Positions 44,138 to 53,592 of a DNA stretch of 64,000 nucleotides are shown here, in pieces. Under the pieces are notes generated by a model that saw only the letters and a list, made by a program, of their open reading frames with translations, searched no databases and was not told where the DNA came from. The number at the start of each line of letters is the position of its first letter. The first letter of the stretch is position 1. Source of the stretch: Candidatus Saccharicenans sp. (lineage in GTDB: Bacteria; Acidobacteriota; Aminicenantia; Aminicenantales; Saccharicenantaceae); the NCBI GenBank assembly GCA_017992175.1, contig JAGOPD010000004.1, positions 29,477-93,476 of the forward strand, written 5' to 3'. A program made the position numbers and the translations under genes.

Positions 44138-45481
44138 TTAAGCTCTTGGGCGGGCTGCCTCCAGCCTTCCACCTTCCCGGAAGTCAGCTTTCTTCAATAA
44201 GCAGGAGAAGACCAATCCGATTAATCCCAGACTGGCAAACATCAAAGAAGAAGCTGTATAAGAATGAGTTCGGTCCCGGAGAAAGCCATTGAGCAGGGGG
44301 AAAAGGCCCAGGCCGATATTCTGAATGGCAGTCATCAGACCAAAAGCTGTTCCCGTCCATTCTTCCTTGACCACTAAGGGAACCGATGGCCACAGAGCAG
44401 CTGGCACCAGGACAAAAGCCAGTCCCAGGAAAATCATGGGGTAGGCTGGATAAATTGAGGTCAGGCCCATTAAAAGATGACAGGGAATAAGAACCAGAGA
44501 GCCGAGGACCATCAGGCTTGCCCGCCGGCCAAGGCGGTCAATTAATCCTCCAGCTAAAGGGGCAAAAATCATCGAAGCGAAGATGATAATGGAGCTGATG
44601 CCGCCAGCCGTACTGAACAGATGCAAAAAATTATTAAAGACCTGAGCTAAAAAGCCGCCAGAAGATTCAGCCGTTCTGGCGATGCCCCATTTGTCAACAA
44701 AGAAATCGGTGGATAGGGCGGTAAAGGGGAAAATAGCTGAATAAAAGGTAAAGCAAAGAGCGGTGGTATACCAGAAAGTCGGCTTAAAGTTTTTTACCTC
44801 TTTCAGATTTATTTTTTCGGCCACACTTTCATTTTTGAGGCTTAAGACTTTTTCCCCCCGCTTATCCAGCAGGGCATAAAGAATATTTCCGAGAAGAGAC
44901 AGGCCACAGGCTAAAACTGCGGCCAGCAAAGCAAAACGAAAGCCGCCAAAATAACGGGAGATCAGCTCGCCGGTATTAAAAGCAAAAAGAGAGCCTAAAC
45001 GGCTAATAGTTAGAGTTACGCCAAAGGACAAGGCTAATTCTTTACTCCTGAACCAGCGGGCTAACATCGCACTTTGAGCCACGATTAAGGGTTCTGAGCC
45101 GGCTCCAAAAATAAAGCGTCCCAGGAAGAAAACTGGAATGCTCCTGGCTTTCCAGACAATAATTGCACCAACTAAAACCAGGCAGGAAAAAAGCAAACTG
45201 GATTTTCTAGTCCCCAGTTTGTCAACCAGAACACCGCCAATCAGAACAGCCAGGACAGCCGCTAAGCTATACATGGTAAAAAAGGTACCAACCGTCTGAC
45301 GGGCCGCCTGTAACTCTTCGATGAGCGAGGGGGCAATAGCTGAGACGATGTCATAAGCAAAATAGCAGCCAAAGGAGAGAGAAGCAATAAAGGCCAGGAC
45401 TAAATAACGGTAAAATTTGCTGGCCGGATTGAGCCAGCCCGGTCTTTTGGCTTCAGGATCAGTCACAGTCAATTTCTCCAT
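44138..45481 (-). CDS. MFS transporter
   Basis: 12 TM helices, with DKLGTRK and DRLGRR in the loop 2-3 and loop 8-9 positions. Confidence 0.8.
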   Translation of the reverse strand: MEKLTVTDPEAKRPGWLNPASKFYRYLVLAFIASLSFGCYFAYDIVSAIAPSLIEELQAARQTVGTFFTMYSLAAVLAVLIGGVLVDKLGTRKSSLLFSCLVLVGAIIVWKARSIPVFFLGRFIFGAGSEPLIVAQSAMLARWFRSKELALSFGVTLTISRLGSLFAFNTGELISRYFGGFRFALLAAVLACGLSLLGNILYALLDKRGEKVLSLKNESVAEKINLKEVKNFKPTFWYTTALCFTFYSAIFPFTALSTDFFVDKWGIARTAESSGGFLAQVFNNFLHLFSTAGGISSIIIFASMIFAPLAGGLIDRLGRRASLMVLGSLVLIPCHLLMGLTSIYPAYPMIFLGLAFVLVPAALWPSVPLVVKEEWTGTAFGLMTAIQNIGLGLFPLLNGFLRDRTHSYTASSLMFASLGLIGLVFSCLLKKADFREGGRLEAARPRA

Positions 45482-45629
45482 CCAAAGGCGTTTAAGCCAA
45501 ATTATAACACGGGCAGGAATAAGTCAACCGAATTCTTCCCGAGACCGGGCCTCCTCTAACGGCCTTCTTGACCTGTCTGATTATTTTGAAGTTAAATATA
45601 ATCAATAGAAAAGAAGGAAGGAGAAAAAA

Positions 45630-47366
45630 ATGAAAATTGCTTATAATTCAGGTTCGGCCGCCTGGCCGGTGATTGGTCTCATTTTATCTATCATCCTGGT
45701 GGTGGGGGGAGCCTTTACTCTCTATCACACTAAAGGCCAGGCCATTACTGTTCAGGACATCTCCTCAGCTTCGAAAATTGCCGGCCTGGACTTGACCCTC
45801 AAAGAACAAAAGATGCTGCTGCCCAGCCTCAAGGAAAACCTGAGCAGCTATAAAAAAATGCGTCAGATACCTTTAGAGAATTCCGTTTCCCCGGCTCTAA
45901 TCTTTAATCCCCTGCCGGCCGGCTTTGATTTAAAATCAATAGCGACTGAAGATAAATTTGTCTATGCTGAACCAGCCATGGTGGAGGTACCTGAAAGTCA
46001 GGAAACCTTAGCCTTTTATCCGGTGACTGATCTGGCCTGGCTGATAAAAAACAGAAGAATCAGCTCGGAATATCTGACCCGGATCTATCTGGACCGGCTA
46101 AAAAAATATGGGCCAAAGCTTCACTGTGTGATCACTTTGACTGAGGACTTAGCTTTAAAACAGGCCAGGCAGGCCGATGAAGAGCTGGTCCATGGCATTT
46201 ATCGCGGCCCGCTGCATGGTATTCCCTATGGGTTAAAGGATTTAGTCGCCGTCCCGGGATACCCAACTACCTGGGGTTCGCCAATCTACAAAAATCAGAT
46301 GCTGGATGAGGAAGCGACTGTGTATAAAAAATTGAGGGAAGCTGGAGCTGTCCTGGTCGCCAAGCTGAGTATGGGGGAGCTGGCTATGGATGATGTCTGG
46401 TTTGGCGGTCAGACTCGCAACCCCTGGGATCCAGATCAGGGTTCGAGCGGTTCTTCGGCTGGTTCAGCTTCAGCCACTGCCGCCGGCCTGGTGGCTTTCG
46501 CCATTGGAACCGAGACCTGGGGATCGATTGTTTCTCCTTCCACCCGCTGCGGCGTTTCAGGACTCAGGCCAACCTTTGGCCGGGTCAGCCGTCACGGAGC
46601 CATGGCCCTCAGCTGGAGCATGGATAAGATTGGTCCAATCGCCAGGTCAGTCGAGGATCTGGCTCTTGTTTTCCGGGAGATCATCGGCCCGGATGGCCAG
46701 GATCAGACAGTCTATGATCTGCCCTTTTCCTATGATGGCCAGTCTGACTTGGAAAAGATGAGGATCGGCTATTATAAAAAGAGCTTTGACCAGGCCCGCC
46801 GCCATAAGGAAAAATATTTAGCTGTCCTTGACACCTTAAAATCCTTAGGTCTTGAGCTTCAGGAAATAGAACTGCCCGGAATTGATCCGGAGATAATCAG
46901 CTTTATTCTTAATGCCGAAGCCGGAGCGGCTTTTGACCAGCTGACCAGAACTAACCAGGACGAGCTGATGGTCAGGCAAAGAGCTGGTGACTGGCCAGAT
47001 ATTTTCAGGCAGTCGCGATTTGTTCCGGCCGTTGAATATCTTCAAGCCAACCGGTTGAGGACTCTCCTGATTGAGCAACTGGCTTTAAAGCTTAAAGACA
47101 TTGACGTTTACCTGGATACACCCTCTGGCCCCAGCCTCCTTCTGACCAATCTGACCGGACAACCAACCGTAGTTGTTCCCTGTGGTTTTGACGATCAGGG
47201 CCATCCGGTAGGTATAACTTTTATTGCCAATCTCTTTAAAGAAGGTCAGGCTCTCCGGCTGGCCAAAGCTTATCAGCAAGCAACCGGTTTTCAGCTGAAA
47301 CATCCAGATCTGAACCGCCTGGAGCCAATCAAAGATTCTCCTCCTTCAGAAGAGGAAGAAGATTGA
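45630..47366 (+). CDS. membrane-anchored/secreted amidase (amidase-signature family)
   Basis: N-terminal TM helix. AS signature GSSGSSAGSASATAAGLVAFAIGTETWGSI with the catalytic K and S positions present. Confidence 0.85.
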   Translation: MKIAYNSGSAAWPVIGLILSIILVVGGAFTLYHTKGQAITVQDISSASKIAGLDLTLKEQKMLLPSLKENLSSYKKMRQIPLENSVSPALIFNPLPAGFDLKSIATEDKFVYAEPAMVEVPESQETLAFYPVTDLAWLIKNRRISSEYLTRIYLDRLKKYGPKLHCVITLTEDLALKQARQADEELVHGIYRGPLHGIPYGLKDLVAVPGYPTTWGSPIYKNQMLDEEATVYKKLREAGAVLVAKLSMGELAMDDVWFGGQTRNPWDPDQGSSGSSAGSASATAAGLVAFAIGTETWGSIVSPSTRCGVSGLRPTFGRVSRHGAMALSWSMDKIGPIARSVEDLALVFREIIGPDGQDQTVYDLPFSYDGQSDLEKMRIGYYKKSFDQARRHKEKYLAVLDTLKSLGLELQEIELPGIDPEIISFILNAEAGAAFDQLTRTNQDELMVRQRAGDWPDIFRQSRFVPAVEYLQANRLRTLLIEQLALKLKDIDVYLDTPSGPSLLLTNLTGQPTVVVPCGFDDQGHPVGITFIANLFKEGQALRLAKAYQQATGFQLKHPDLNRLEPIKDSPPSEEEED

Positions 47367-47416
47367 ACGCCTTAAAGGGATTGAAGTCTGGCTTCAGGTT
47401 ATATAAGTAAAAAACA

Positions 47417-49081
47417 ATGAAAATATTAGAAGTTAAAAATATTGAAAAATTTAAAAAGGCTCTACAGGGTTCTTTTGAGGATTTAAAGGAGAATCAAATT
47501 GTGGAAAGGATCCTCAAAAGAGATTTTACTATCTGGAAAGACAGGGACGAAGAAATATCCAACCGTTTAGGCTGGCTGGATAGTCTCCAGAGAACCAGGC
47601 CTTTCTTCACCCGGTATGAGCAACTGGCCAAGGAAATTAATGATTCAGGTGTCAGCCGGATTTTACTTCTGGGCATGGGAGGCTCCAGCCTGGCCCCAGC
47701 CGTTGTCAGCCAGATTTATCCTTTGCAACCTGATTACCCCGTCCTTTCCATCCTTGATTCCACCTGTCCACTGACTGTCAGTCGGGCCAGAAACGCCCTC
47801 GCCCGGGAGAAGACGCTTGTTGTGGTCTCGTCAAAAAGCGGCACGACAGCTGAAACCATTAACCTCTTTAGATTTTTTTATGATCAAGCCGAACGAAAAT
47901 CCGGAGTTAAAGCTTCAGAAGAATTTATAGCTATAACCGATCCTCAGACTCCCCTTGAAGCCTTAGGGAAAAAACTCGGGCTGAAGCAGATCATAGCCGG
48001 CTTACCCGATGTCGGTGGCCGTTTTTCTGCCCTGTCGCCTTTCGGCCTGCTGCCAGCGGCTCTGATGGGAACTGACCTTAAAGCCTTCTCGGCTGCGGCC
48101 GAGGATAGCCAGTCTGATCTTCAAGCCCTTAAAGACCAGCACCCGGGAGTTATCCTGGGGACAATTTTTGGCACCCTTTATTCATCTGGTTTCAACAAGC
48201 TGACTCTGGTCATGCCGTCCCGGCTAATAGCCTTTGGCCGGTGGATTGAACAATTGATAGCTGAAAGTACGGGGAAAGAGGGCCAGGGAATTGTGCCGGT
48301 TCTTGAACCTCTGCCTGTTTCACCAGAAGCTTACTCGCCGGACAGGATCTTTGTCACCTTTAGCTTAAGAGGTGAAAATGATCCTTTCTGGCTTAAACGG
48401 CTGGAAACTATCGGAAAATCTGGCCTCCCCTGTCTCCAGCTAAGTCTCTCGCCTCTGGAATTAGCTGAGGATTTCTTTGTCTGGGAAGTGGCTACGGCGA
48501 TAGCTGGATATTTCTTAAAGATTAATCCTTTCGACCAGCCTGATGTCGAGCTGACTAAAAAGAAAACCAGGGAAATTCTCGTCCGGTCCGAAAGCATCAG
48601 TCTGGAAGGTTATTTATCAAGCGAAAAGATGGAGGAGATTGAACTGGCCATCAAATCATTACTATTCAGCCAGACCAGTTCTTCTGATTACCTGAGTTTG
48701 CTCGTCTACTTGCCATCAGATGACAACCTGAATACAGCTCTGGACAATTTAGCCAGGCAGATCACGGATAAAACCCATCTGCCCTGTACCTGGAATTATG
48801 GCCCCGCCTACCTTCATTCCACCGGTCAGCTCTATAAGGGGGATTCAGGTCAGGGATGTTTTCTTGGTCTCTTCCACGAAAATACCGGCGAAGAAGTAGT
48901 TATTCCGCCCGCCTCTGATTGGCCGCCAACTGCCCCTTCTTTTAATCGCCTGTTCAGAGCTCAAGCTCTCGGCGATCTGGCTGCTCTGCAGGACAAAAAA
49001 AGGAGGACCCTGTTTCTTAACCTAAAAGGGAATCTGGTAAAAAATATCTTTACTCTAAATGAACTGGTGAGAAATCTTTAA
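47417..49081 (+). CDS. pgi: glucose-6-phosphate isomerase (the long PGI type also seen fused to transaldolase)
   Basis: SIS motifs LLGMGGSSL and SSKSGTTAET, plus GGRFS. Confidence 0.8.
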   Translation: MKILEVKNIEKFKKALQGSFEDLKENQIVERILKRDFTIWKDRDEEISNRLGWLDSLQRTRPFFTRYEQLAKEINDSGVSRILLLGMGGSSLAPAVVSQIYPLQPDYPVLSILDSTCPLTVSRARNALAREKTLVVVSSKSGTTAETINLFRFFYDQAERKSGVKASEEFIAITDPQTPLEALGKKLGLKQIIAGLPDVGGRFSALSPFGLLPAALMGTDLKAFSAAAEDSQSDLQALKDQHPGVILGTIFGTLYSSGFNKLTLVMPSRLIAFGRWIEQLIAESTGKEGQGIVPVLEPLPVSPEAYSPDRIFVTFSLRGENDPFWLKRLETIGKSGLPCLQLSLSPLELAEDFFVWEVATAIAGYFLKINPFDQPDVELTKKKTREILVRSESISLEGYLSSEKMEEIELAIKSLLFSQTSSSDYLSLLVYLPSDDNLNTALDNLARQITDKTHLPCTWNYGPAYLHSTGQLYKGDSGQGCFLGLFHENTGEEVVIPPASDWPPTAPSFNRLFRAQALGDLAALQDKKRRTLFLNLKGNLVKNIFTLNELVRNL

Positions 49082-49102
49082 ATTCTGGCCTTAATAAGAA
49101 AT

Positions 49103-49130
49103 AAAAAAGGGGAGAAAAAATCTCCCCTTA
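49103..49130. terminator. bidirectional intrinsic terminator between convergent genes
   Basis: The sequence is AAAAAA-ggggaga-aaaaa-tctcccc-TT (stem 49109-49115 / 49121-49127). Confidence 0.7.
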
Positions 49131-49154
49131 TCATCATTAATCAAAAAAGAATAA

Positions 49155-49877
49155 TTAGTACAGCCCGCAGAAGACAACGTCGGCTGAGAAAATTTCTTTA
49201 GTTTTAGCGGTGACTCTTTTATCAACCTGATCTTTAACATTCAAATAAAACCAGAAGCGGTCAAAAAGTCTTAATTTAGAGAGGTAAAAACGGGCATAAT
49301 CGCTTACACTATTGATAATAATTCTGGCTATTTCCTTGCCTTTTTTGTCCTGGATGACCAGATGAGTAACGGTGGCGGTGGTTTGGCCCTGTTTGACTTC
49401 TGATTTTTGCAGAAAACCATAAACTTTAACGTTGGTTTTACCCTGCCATTCATCCGGCTTATTGATAGCAGTGATATTCAAAGCTACATATTGATCTCTG
49501 GCGCTCTGCGGAAAATAGTCACTTAAATCAGGTTCACCAGTCCCGGTATAAATATTACGGTAACCATTAGCCTCTTTGAGATCAATAGAATTGGCCACAG
49601 CCAGATTAGCCTTATCGGGAAGAATAGTAGCTGTCACTTTAATGGATTTACCAATCAGGCTTTCAGTTCCACCCTCAAGATTACCACTGATAACAATATC
49701 TAAGCCCTGAGCTTCTGGCAGATAGAGATATTTGCCAACAGCTGTCTTGACCGTGCCTTCAAATATTTTTTCCTGGGCCGGAGTGCTGGCCTGCTGACCG
49801 AAAACAGCCATTGAGCCAAGGGCGATAAGACCAATATTGAGGATAATACTAAGTGCAACTTTTTTCCAGGAAGCCAT
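49155..49877 (-). CDS. hypothetical secreted protein
   Basis: Signal peptide (ALSIILNIGLIALGSMAVFG) and SD GGAGG. No family recognised. Confidence 0.5.
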   Translation of the reverse strand: MASWKKVALSIILNIGLIALGSMAVFGQQASTPAQEKIFEGTVKTAVGKYLYLPEAQGLDIVISGNLEGGTESLIGKSIKVTATILPDKANLAVANSIDLKEANGYRNIYTGTGEPDLSDYFPQSARDQYVALNITAINKPDEWQGKTNVKVYGFLQKSEVKQGQTTATVTHLVIQDKKGKEIARIIINSVSDYARFYLSKLRLFDRFWFYLNVKDQVDKRVTAKTKEIFSADVVFCGLY

Positions 49878-50015
49878 CTCCTATACCTCCATTTCACGTT
49901 TATAAAGTCAAAGAAATTTTCAGGTTCTTCCCTCTGTCCTTTCTTTTTAGAATGGACCGGAAGGAATCTTTATATCACTGATTTTATTAAAAGTAAAGAA
50001 AAAAGTGAGCCCGTT

Positions 50016-51773
50016 TTAACCCTTTTTATTTTCAGGGCGAACAGGCTGCCGCTGGACGGTATTAGTCCTGGTTCCGCTGGAACCGGGGCTGGTCGAAGTT
50101 GTGTTCTTGAGTCTGTCTGCCGGCAAGGACCGGCTGGTTGGTTCAGCCCGGTAGTTATTATTTACAGTTTTGCCCTGAGCCTGGCTGGAAGGCCTGGTTA
50201 TAGCTCCCCTGGAATCAGAGGAAGAAGTTCTGGACGGACTGATCCGCTGCGCCTCAATTTTTTCCTGGCTGACCCTTTCCGCTCTGGCTGGCTGTCTGAC
50301 AGTTTGACTTGAGGACTGATAAGGGCGGCTGGTGGCCTGGCTTTTAACTATTCTCCGGTCAGGTTCTATCCTTGATGGAAAATTTGAAGTCTGCCGGTTA
50401 TTGATGACGGTCTTCCCTTGAGCTGACCCTGGTGTCAGGCTGGATGGCTGCCGCCCGGTAGATTTTAATGCTGTTCTTGAGACCGATCCGAGTTCTCTGA
50501 CTGTTTTACCTGATACCTTTCCTGGAGAAGACAGGGAAGATGGCCGCAGGCGGTTGCCAGTTGCCGGCCGCCAGGAGGGCTGATTTTCCTGAAGTCTGAT
50601 CTTTTCAACTCCTCTTAACTCAGAGGGGCGGACATCTGCCCGGATGGCATGAGGTGATTGAAGCTGGTTTCTCTTGACCATGACCAGGGCTCTGGAGTTG
50701 ACAGGATAATAAGCCTCATTATATCTTTCATAAACATAATTATTGATCACCACCACCGGCCGGTTGTAGTAGCTCAGAGGGCACCAGCCAACATAGTTAG
50801 CGTCATAATACCAGCTGACCCAGGCTGGCCCCCAGTGAACCGTCGGGATCCAGTACCAGCCGAGGCCCAGCCGCCAGTGCCATCGTCCGTAATGATAAAC
50901 AGCCCAGCCCCAGGGTTCAGCTGAAATCCAGGTCCAGCCAATCCGGGGATACCAGGTCCAGCGCCCGACAAGATATGGACGCCAGTCAACAACGGTAACT
51001 GCCGGCACCCAGACATAACCATAAGGCCGTTCATAGACCCAGCGGCCATAGGACGAGAGTTCTGGTTCATATTCCCGGATTTCTTCCGGTAAATAGTGAG
51101 AATTAGAAGACTCAGCCATCTGCAATAATCCATCCCGCTCTTGATTCCAGCTGGCCAGTTCATCGTTGATATAAGCCAGGTCAGTAGCCCCTGGTTCGAC
51201 TTCTCCATCCGAGGCCAGCCCGGACTCACCGGCCTGAAGGGCTAAAGACTGGTTTTCGCCTGAAGCTTCCAGGCTCCCTTCGAGGGCTATAGCCACTGTT
51301 CCTTCCTGTTCGTTTGCTTCGAAACGGTAGAGCCCGCCTTGAAGGACATAAAAAGAAGCATCACCGGTGTGGACTGAAAACGATTTTTCCTGTTCTAAAT
51401 AATTAATCCGAAGATAAGCCCGGCCCTGATATAGATGAAGGGAAAAATCTCCATTTTCATCCTGGGGCAAGCGGGCTATTTCTAAGACTGAATACCGGTC
51501 AAGTCTTAAGAAATTTTCACGGCCAAAACTCAATTCGACCAATCCATTTTCAGTGACAATCTTATCTCCGCTGCCCAGGGCAAAATTGACTTCGGCTGCT
51601 TCCACTCCAAGGTCAGAAGCCCGTTCGACCTTAGCTTCTCCCTGGAGGTAGCTGATCCGGGCATAAGAATAAGGATAATAAGATTCTTCCTGCGCCTGAG
51701 CCGGAAGGCAAAATGAGAACGAGAAGAAGAGGAGGGCAGCAATCATTAAACTTGATTGATTTATCTTTTTCAT
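50016..51773 (-). CDS. secreted FecR-domain protein with a Trp/Tyr-rich WxxGxW-type repeat region and an S/T/R/P-rich low-complexity tail
   Basis: Signal peptide. FecR-like beta region (aa ~40-200). YGRWVYERPYGYVWVP...WGWAVYHYGRWHWRLGLGWYWIP block. ~200 aa disordered basic tail. SD AAGGAG. Confidence 0.6.
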   Translation of the reverse strand: MKKINQSSLMIAALLFFSFSFCLPAQAQEESYYPYSYARISYLQGEAKVERASDLGVEAAEVNFALGSGDKIVTENGLVELSFGRENFLRLDRYSVLEIARLPQDENGDFSLHLYQGRAYLRINYLEQEKSFSVHTGDASFYVLQGGLYRFEANEQEGTVAIALEGSLEASGENQSLALQAGESGLASDGEVEPGATDLAYINDELASWNQERDGLLQMAESSNSHYLPEEIREYEPELSSYGRWVYERPYGYVWVPAVTVVDWRPYLVGRWTWYPRIGWTWISAEPWGWAVYHYGRWHWRLGLGWYWIPTVHWGPAWVSWYYDANYVGWCPLSYYNRPVVVINNYVYERYNEAYYPVNSRALVMVKRNQLQSPHAIRADVRPSELRGVEKIRLQENQPSWRPATGNRLRPSSLSSPGKVSGKTVRELGSVSRTALKSTGRQPSSLTPGSAQGKTVINNRQTSNFPSRIEPDRRIVKSQATSRPYQSSSQTVRQPARAERVSQEKIEAQRISPSRTSSSDSRGAITRPSSQAQGKTVNNNYRAEPTSRSLPADRLKNTTSTSPGSSGTRTNTVQRQPVRPENKKG

Positions 51774-51799
51774 CTTCTTCTCCTTTCACTCATCTACAT

Positions 51800-51815
51800 A
51801 GCAAGATTTATGCCA
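51800..51815 (-). promoter_or_regulatory. sigma-54 (-24/-12) promoter for the FecR-like gene
   Basis: The minus strand reads TGGCAT-AAATC-TTGCT. The predicted TSS is ~51789, giving a 16 nt leader that contains AAGGAG. Confidence 0.65.
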
Positions 51816-51863
51816 GATATAACAGGGTAGAAACTCACTCCAGGTTCTAAAAAATAGGGCTAT

Positions 51864-51881
51864 TGTCCTCGAAACAGGACA
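51864..51881. promoter_or_regulatory. dyad TGTCCT-N6-AGGACA; candidate UAS
   Basis: Perfect 6 bp inverted repeat centred ~83 bp upstream of the predicted sigma-54 TSS. Confidence 0.4.
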
Positions 51882-51918
51882 GGAACGGCCACTGATCTAT
51901 TTTGTTTTTCCGGCAGGC

Positions 51919-51947
51919 AAAAAAAAGGGGCAGCTGCTGGCTGCCCC
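51919..51947 (-). terminator. intrinsic terminator of the Spy/CpxP-like gene
   Basis: Stem ggggcagc (51927-51934) / gctgcccc (51940-51947). On the minus strand it is followed by eight T (51919-51926). Confidence 0.8.
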
Positions 51948-51975
51948 CTCTTTGTCTTTTGAAGCCGGTTTAATA

Positions 51976-52485
51976 TTAATAAGTCTCCGGTCTGGAAAGA
52001 CCAGGTCTCATCATCATTCTGCCTTTTCTTCCCATCCGCCCCTGCCTGGCTTCACGCCGAAGCTTGAAATCCTGGCGATATTCCTGGAGCTTTTTGAGCT
52101 GCTCGGGAGTAAATATCTTTTCCCAGGCCTTTTTACTCTGGTATAAAGCCTTCATCCGGTCAGCCCGGAGTTTGGCCATCTGGTCAATGAGATTATTGAT
52201 TTTTTGGTCATCGGCCTTTGGATCACCCATGAGTTTTCTCAGTTCATCCCTCATCGGAGCCATTTTCTCCTGGTAAGCCTTAGTCTCGTTCCGTCTGGCC
52301 TGACGGAATTCTTCCAGCTTTTTCTCCTGCTCGGGTGTCAGCTGCAGAGCATCCTTCAGCACTTGAGGAAAGGCTCCTGGCTGTCCGGCTCTCGGCGGGC
52401 GAACTGCCTGGGCGTTCACCGTCGAATAGATGAAAGCCACCATCAGGGCCAAGCTTATCAGGCCAATCATCTTTTTCTTTGTCAT
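51976..52485 (-). CDS. Spy/CpxP-family periplasmic chaperone-like protein (LTxxQ motifs)
   Basis: Signal peptide. Two LTxxQ-type motifs (LQLTPEQEKKLEEF and IFTPEQLKKLQEY). Helical and basic. Confidence 0.7.
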   Translation of the reverse strand: MTKKKMIGLISLALMVAFIYSTVNAQAVRPPRAGQPGAFPQVLKDALQLTPEQEKKLEEFRQARRNETKAYQEKMAPMRDELRKLMGDPKADDQKINNLIDQMAKLRADRMKALYQSKKAWEKIFTPEQLKKLQEYRQDFKLRREARQGRMGRKGRMMMRPGLSRPETY

Positions 52486-52596
52486 TTTTTCCTCCTGAGT
52501 TTTTATTTTTTTAAATCATTTAATTATTGGTCATTCGTTTCATTATAGATAGACAGCCCGGCTTCAATTTCCTTGGAAAATTTTTTGCCTGGCGGA

Positions 52597-53592
52597 CTAA
52601 TTCTGGCTATGGCGCAGCCGGTCAAGAGTGACCGCCACGATGATGATGGCTCCGATTATAATCTCTTGAAAATAGTTTGGCCAGCCCATCATCGTACAGC
52701 CGTTGCGCAGAAAGGACATGATAAAAACCCCGATCAAGGTCCCCAGGATGCTGCCTTCTCCCCCGCTGAGGCTTCCGCCGCCAATGACCACGGCCGCAAT
52801 GATATCAAGTTCCAGTCCCGTGGCTACCGTCGGGTCGCCGACCGTCAAACGGGAAAATTCCATGACGCCGGCCAGCCCGCAAAACAGCCCGGACAGGGTA
52901 TAAACTATAACTTTGGTCCGGTCGGTCCTGATCCCGCACAATCTGGCCGTGAGTTCATTTGAACCGACAGCCTGAACCTGACGCCCGAAGACAGTTTTTT
53001 TCAAAAGAATGGCCATCAAAACTGACAGAATAATGACCAGCCAGATGCCGGGTGAAACCAGCAGCCAGCCAGGCTTGGGATTCCTGGTCATGAGCTCATT
53101 CAGCCAGGTCAGCGGAGCATCAATTTTCTGGTTTTTAGCTACCCATTTGGCTGCTCCCCTGGCCATGCCCATCATGCCGAGGGTGACAATAAAGGGCACC
53201 ACCTTCAACCTGGTAATTAAAAAGCCATTAAAGAAACCAACCAGACCGCCCGTCGCCAGGCCAACCAGAGCCGCCAGCCAGGGAGGCAGCCCGAGATTGA
53301 TCGAAAAAGCGACCAGGACACAGCTTAAGGCCAGGTTAGAAGCCGCTGACAAATCAATTCCCCCTGTAACAATAATAAAGGTCATGCCGAGCGCACAGAG
53401 AGCCACCATAACCGATTGAGTAACCACGCTTTTAATATTGGCTAAGCGAAGAAAACGGTCAGATATTTCCGGCATAAGAGAGAAGATGGCCAGGACGAGG
53501 ATTAAGCCAATAAAAGGCCCTAAGGAAGTAGTTAATCTTTTCCAGATAAAATTTTTAGGCTTCATCCTCACACCTCTTCCCATTGTCTTCAT
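52597..53592 (-). CDS. sugar ABC transporter permease (RbsC/AraH-like)
   Basis: ~10 TM helices and a family-2 branched sugar permease pattern. The true start may be Met10 (53565). Confidence 0.85.
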   Translation of the reverse strand: MKTMGRGVRMKPKNFIWKRLTTSLGPFIGLILVLAIFSLMPEISDRFLRLANIKSVVTQSVMVALCALGMTFIIVTGGIDLSAASNLALSCVLVAFSINLGLPPWLAALVGLATGGLVGFFNGFLITRLKVVPFIVTLGMMGMARGAAKWVAKNQKIDAPLTWLNELMTRNPKPGWLLVSPGIWLVIILSVLMAILLKKTVFGRQVQAVGSNELTARLCGIRTDRTKVIVYTLSGLFCGLAGVMEFSRLTVGDPTVATGLELDIIAAVVIGGGSLSGGEGSILGTLIGVFIMSFLRNGCTMMGWPNYFQEIIIGAIIIVAVTLDRLRHSQN

